From contig CM097887.1 of assembly GCA_044892525.1 (NCBI GenBank), forward strand, positions 52,142,001 through 52,206,000: DNA of 64,000 nucleotides, in the 5' to 3' direction. This DNA is from Schmidtea polychroa. Lineage: Eukaryota. Position numbers and translations under genes: made by a program. A model generated the notes under the pieces. The model did not search any database and had not been told where the DNA came from. It was given only the letters and a program-made list of their open reading frames with translations. Of this stretch, positions 62,371-64,000 are shown one piece after another (position 1 is the first letter of the stretch; each line of letters starts with the position of its first letter).

Positions 62371-63004
62371 TCGATAATGAATTAAAAGGTTATTTGAATA
62401 TAATTTTTCAATTGTTATTTTTTCCAGTATCATGTTTTATTATNNNNNNNNNNNNNNNNNNNNNNNNNNNNNNNNNNNNNNNNNNNNNNNNNNNNNNNNN
62501 NNNNNNNNNNNNNNNNNNNNNNNNNNNNNNNNNNNNNNNNNNNNNNNNNNNNNNNNNNNNNNNNNNNNNNNNNNNNNNNNNNNNNNNNNNNNNNNNNNNN
62601 NNNNNNNNNNNNNNNNNNNNNNNNNNNNNNNNNNNNNNNNNNNNNNNNTGTCCTATGACAAATCATTTGCGACTTAATAAAGAATAATTGAGAATGCGAC
62701 ATAATTGAGAATAATAAAAAACCTAATGTTCTAACGAATTCCTTAAACCTACTTTCAATTATCCTACTGGCTTTAATTTTATTTCCTTTTGATTCTTAAT
62801 TAATTAATTAAATTTCATATGCACTTATGATAAATTTCCAATTTAATTCACACGATTTCCCACATTAAATTACATTTGCCATGACTATTAGGTAAACATT
62901 TAAATCAATAAGTTAAATACATTTTACATAGTTAATTAATTAGCATACCTTATTAAATACTAAAATAAACTATTGATTATTGACAAAATCAGCTTTACTC
63001 TTAA

Positions 63005-63694
63005 CCCCTTTATCATGTGTCACGAGTTAACTCGTCATCAGATATAAAAGTCTTCTGTGCGCCGTGCGTCCCGAGTAAATTCGTGTTAATACGAAAATAG
63101 CATAGGAAATGTATAGGACGGCTAATCCAAGAGACAGTTACACAGTGGATTATAAAAGTAGGTCATCGCGTGATGCCAAAAAGTAAAAGTGAAAAGTAGA
63201 CAAGAACAAAAAACTTTTTATTATGATTTTATTATGATTATAATTTATAACTTTTTATTATGATTATAATTTATGAATAGTATAGCTTGTGTAGATATGC
63301 AACAGACCTGGTCCCGATGGAAGACAATTTCGTAATGAGACACGATACTACTGTCCGGAGTGTGATACATCACTATGTGCAGTTCCATGTTTTGGTGTTT
63401 ATCACACTAAATATGATTATTAAAAACAATTGATATTGAACCTACGTATCAGTTTAGTTCGTTATTACACAGTAAAATTTAGTATAGAACACTTGAAGCA
63501 GTGTTAAAAAAATTAAAATTTTTTTTTAAAATAGTTCGAAAAATCAGGTTTTTCTTATTTTTTCACAATTTTTTAAAGACAACTCATTTTCACTTAATAA
63601 CATTTTATTTTGCCAGGAAAACATAACATAAAATTATGGAAGAAAAAAATCCACGGTTTGCATAACAAAACTTTTTTTTTCCACGGTAAAGGGG
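63005..63694 (+). mobile_element. Internally deleted piggyBac element
   Basis: TTAA|cccctttatcatg ... ccacggtaaagggg|TTAA; Cys-rich tail ICNRPG…ETRYYCPECDTSLCAVPCFGVYH at about 63295-63420. Confidence 0.88.
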
Positions 63695-64000
63695 TTAATC
63701 ATTGCAGGAACTTCAAAATTTGGACCCCACAAAAGAAATATCCCTTTCAAATAGATGTTTTAATATTTAAAAAAAAATTTCACATTAGATGATTATTTCA
63801 TATATCATATTACAATAAAAATTAAAATAAAAACTTTAACTTGTTCAATTGAAAATGAGAACTTACACTTAAAAGTTAATTTATGAAATTGAATTCGCAA
63901 CAAATTTTAACTTTTGTCTAATTCATTCTAATTCACATACAAACACAATACAAAACGCAATCGAAATTAACTAAACGAAATCAATATAACCTTTGAATTC

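Noticed and set aside
2868-62702. ORF-track entries that run through X stretches
   Set aside because: Artefacts of N gaps lacking stop codons; only the NK7 exon 2 case has independent support.

Overview
AT-rich (roughly 70-75% by eye) animal genomic DNA from a draft scaffold with ten N gaps. The short AT-rich intron, NK7 gene and TE content suggest an invertebrate such as a triclad flatworm; this is inference only. Two spliced host genes face each other. One is a TMUB1/2 homologue on + (exons 14748-15181, 22312-22495, 26400-26639; 285 aa). The other is an NK7-class homeobox gene on - (exons 62217-61827, 61772-~61594 partly in a gap, 53599-53357; ~270 aa). An intronless 348-aa orphan ORF (43164-44210, -) lies between them. 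Most of the rest is layered transposon debris, and many boundaries could be fixed from terminal repeats and target-site duplications (TSDs). It includes a Ty3/Gypsy element (120-6392) with three nested insertions, four solo-LTR-like units, Penelope-like elements with hammerhead-ribozyme motifs, three mariners, two deleted piggyBacs, a Tigger, MULE fragments, many hAT MITEs, a Buster-type hAT and a nearly intact Tip100-type hAT. I found no rRNA, tRNA or CRISPR array and cannot claim a demonstrably new system. The best leads are the core-intact sense-strand hammerhead in TMUB intron 1, the orphan ORF, a decayed REX4/ISG20-like exonuclease among retroelement debris, and a motif conserved near the 3' end of three otherwise dissimilar solo LTRs. 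All family assignments come from motif recognition, not database searches.
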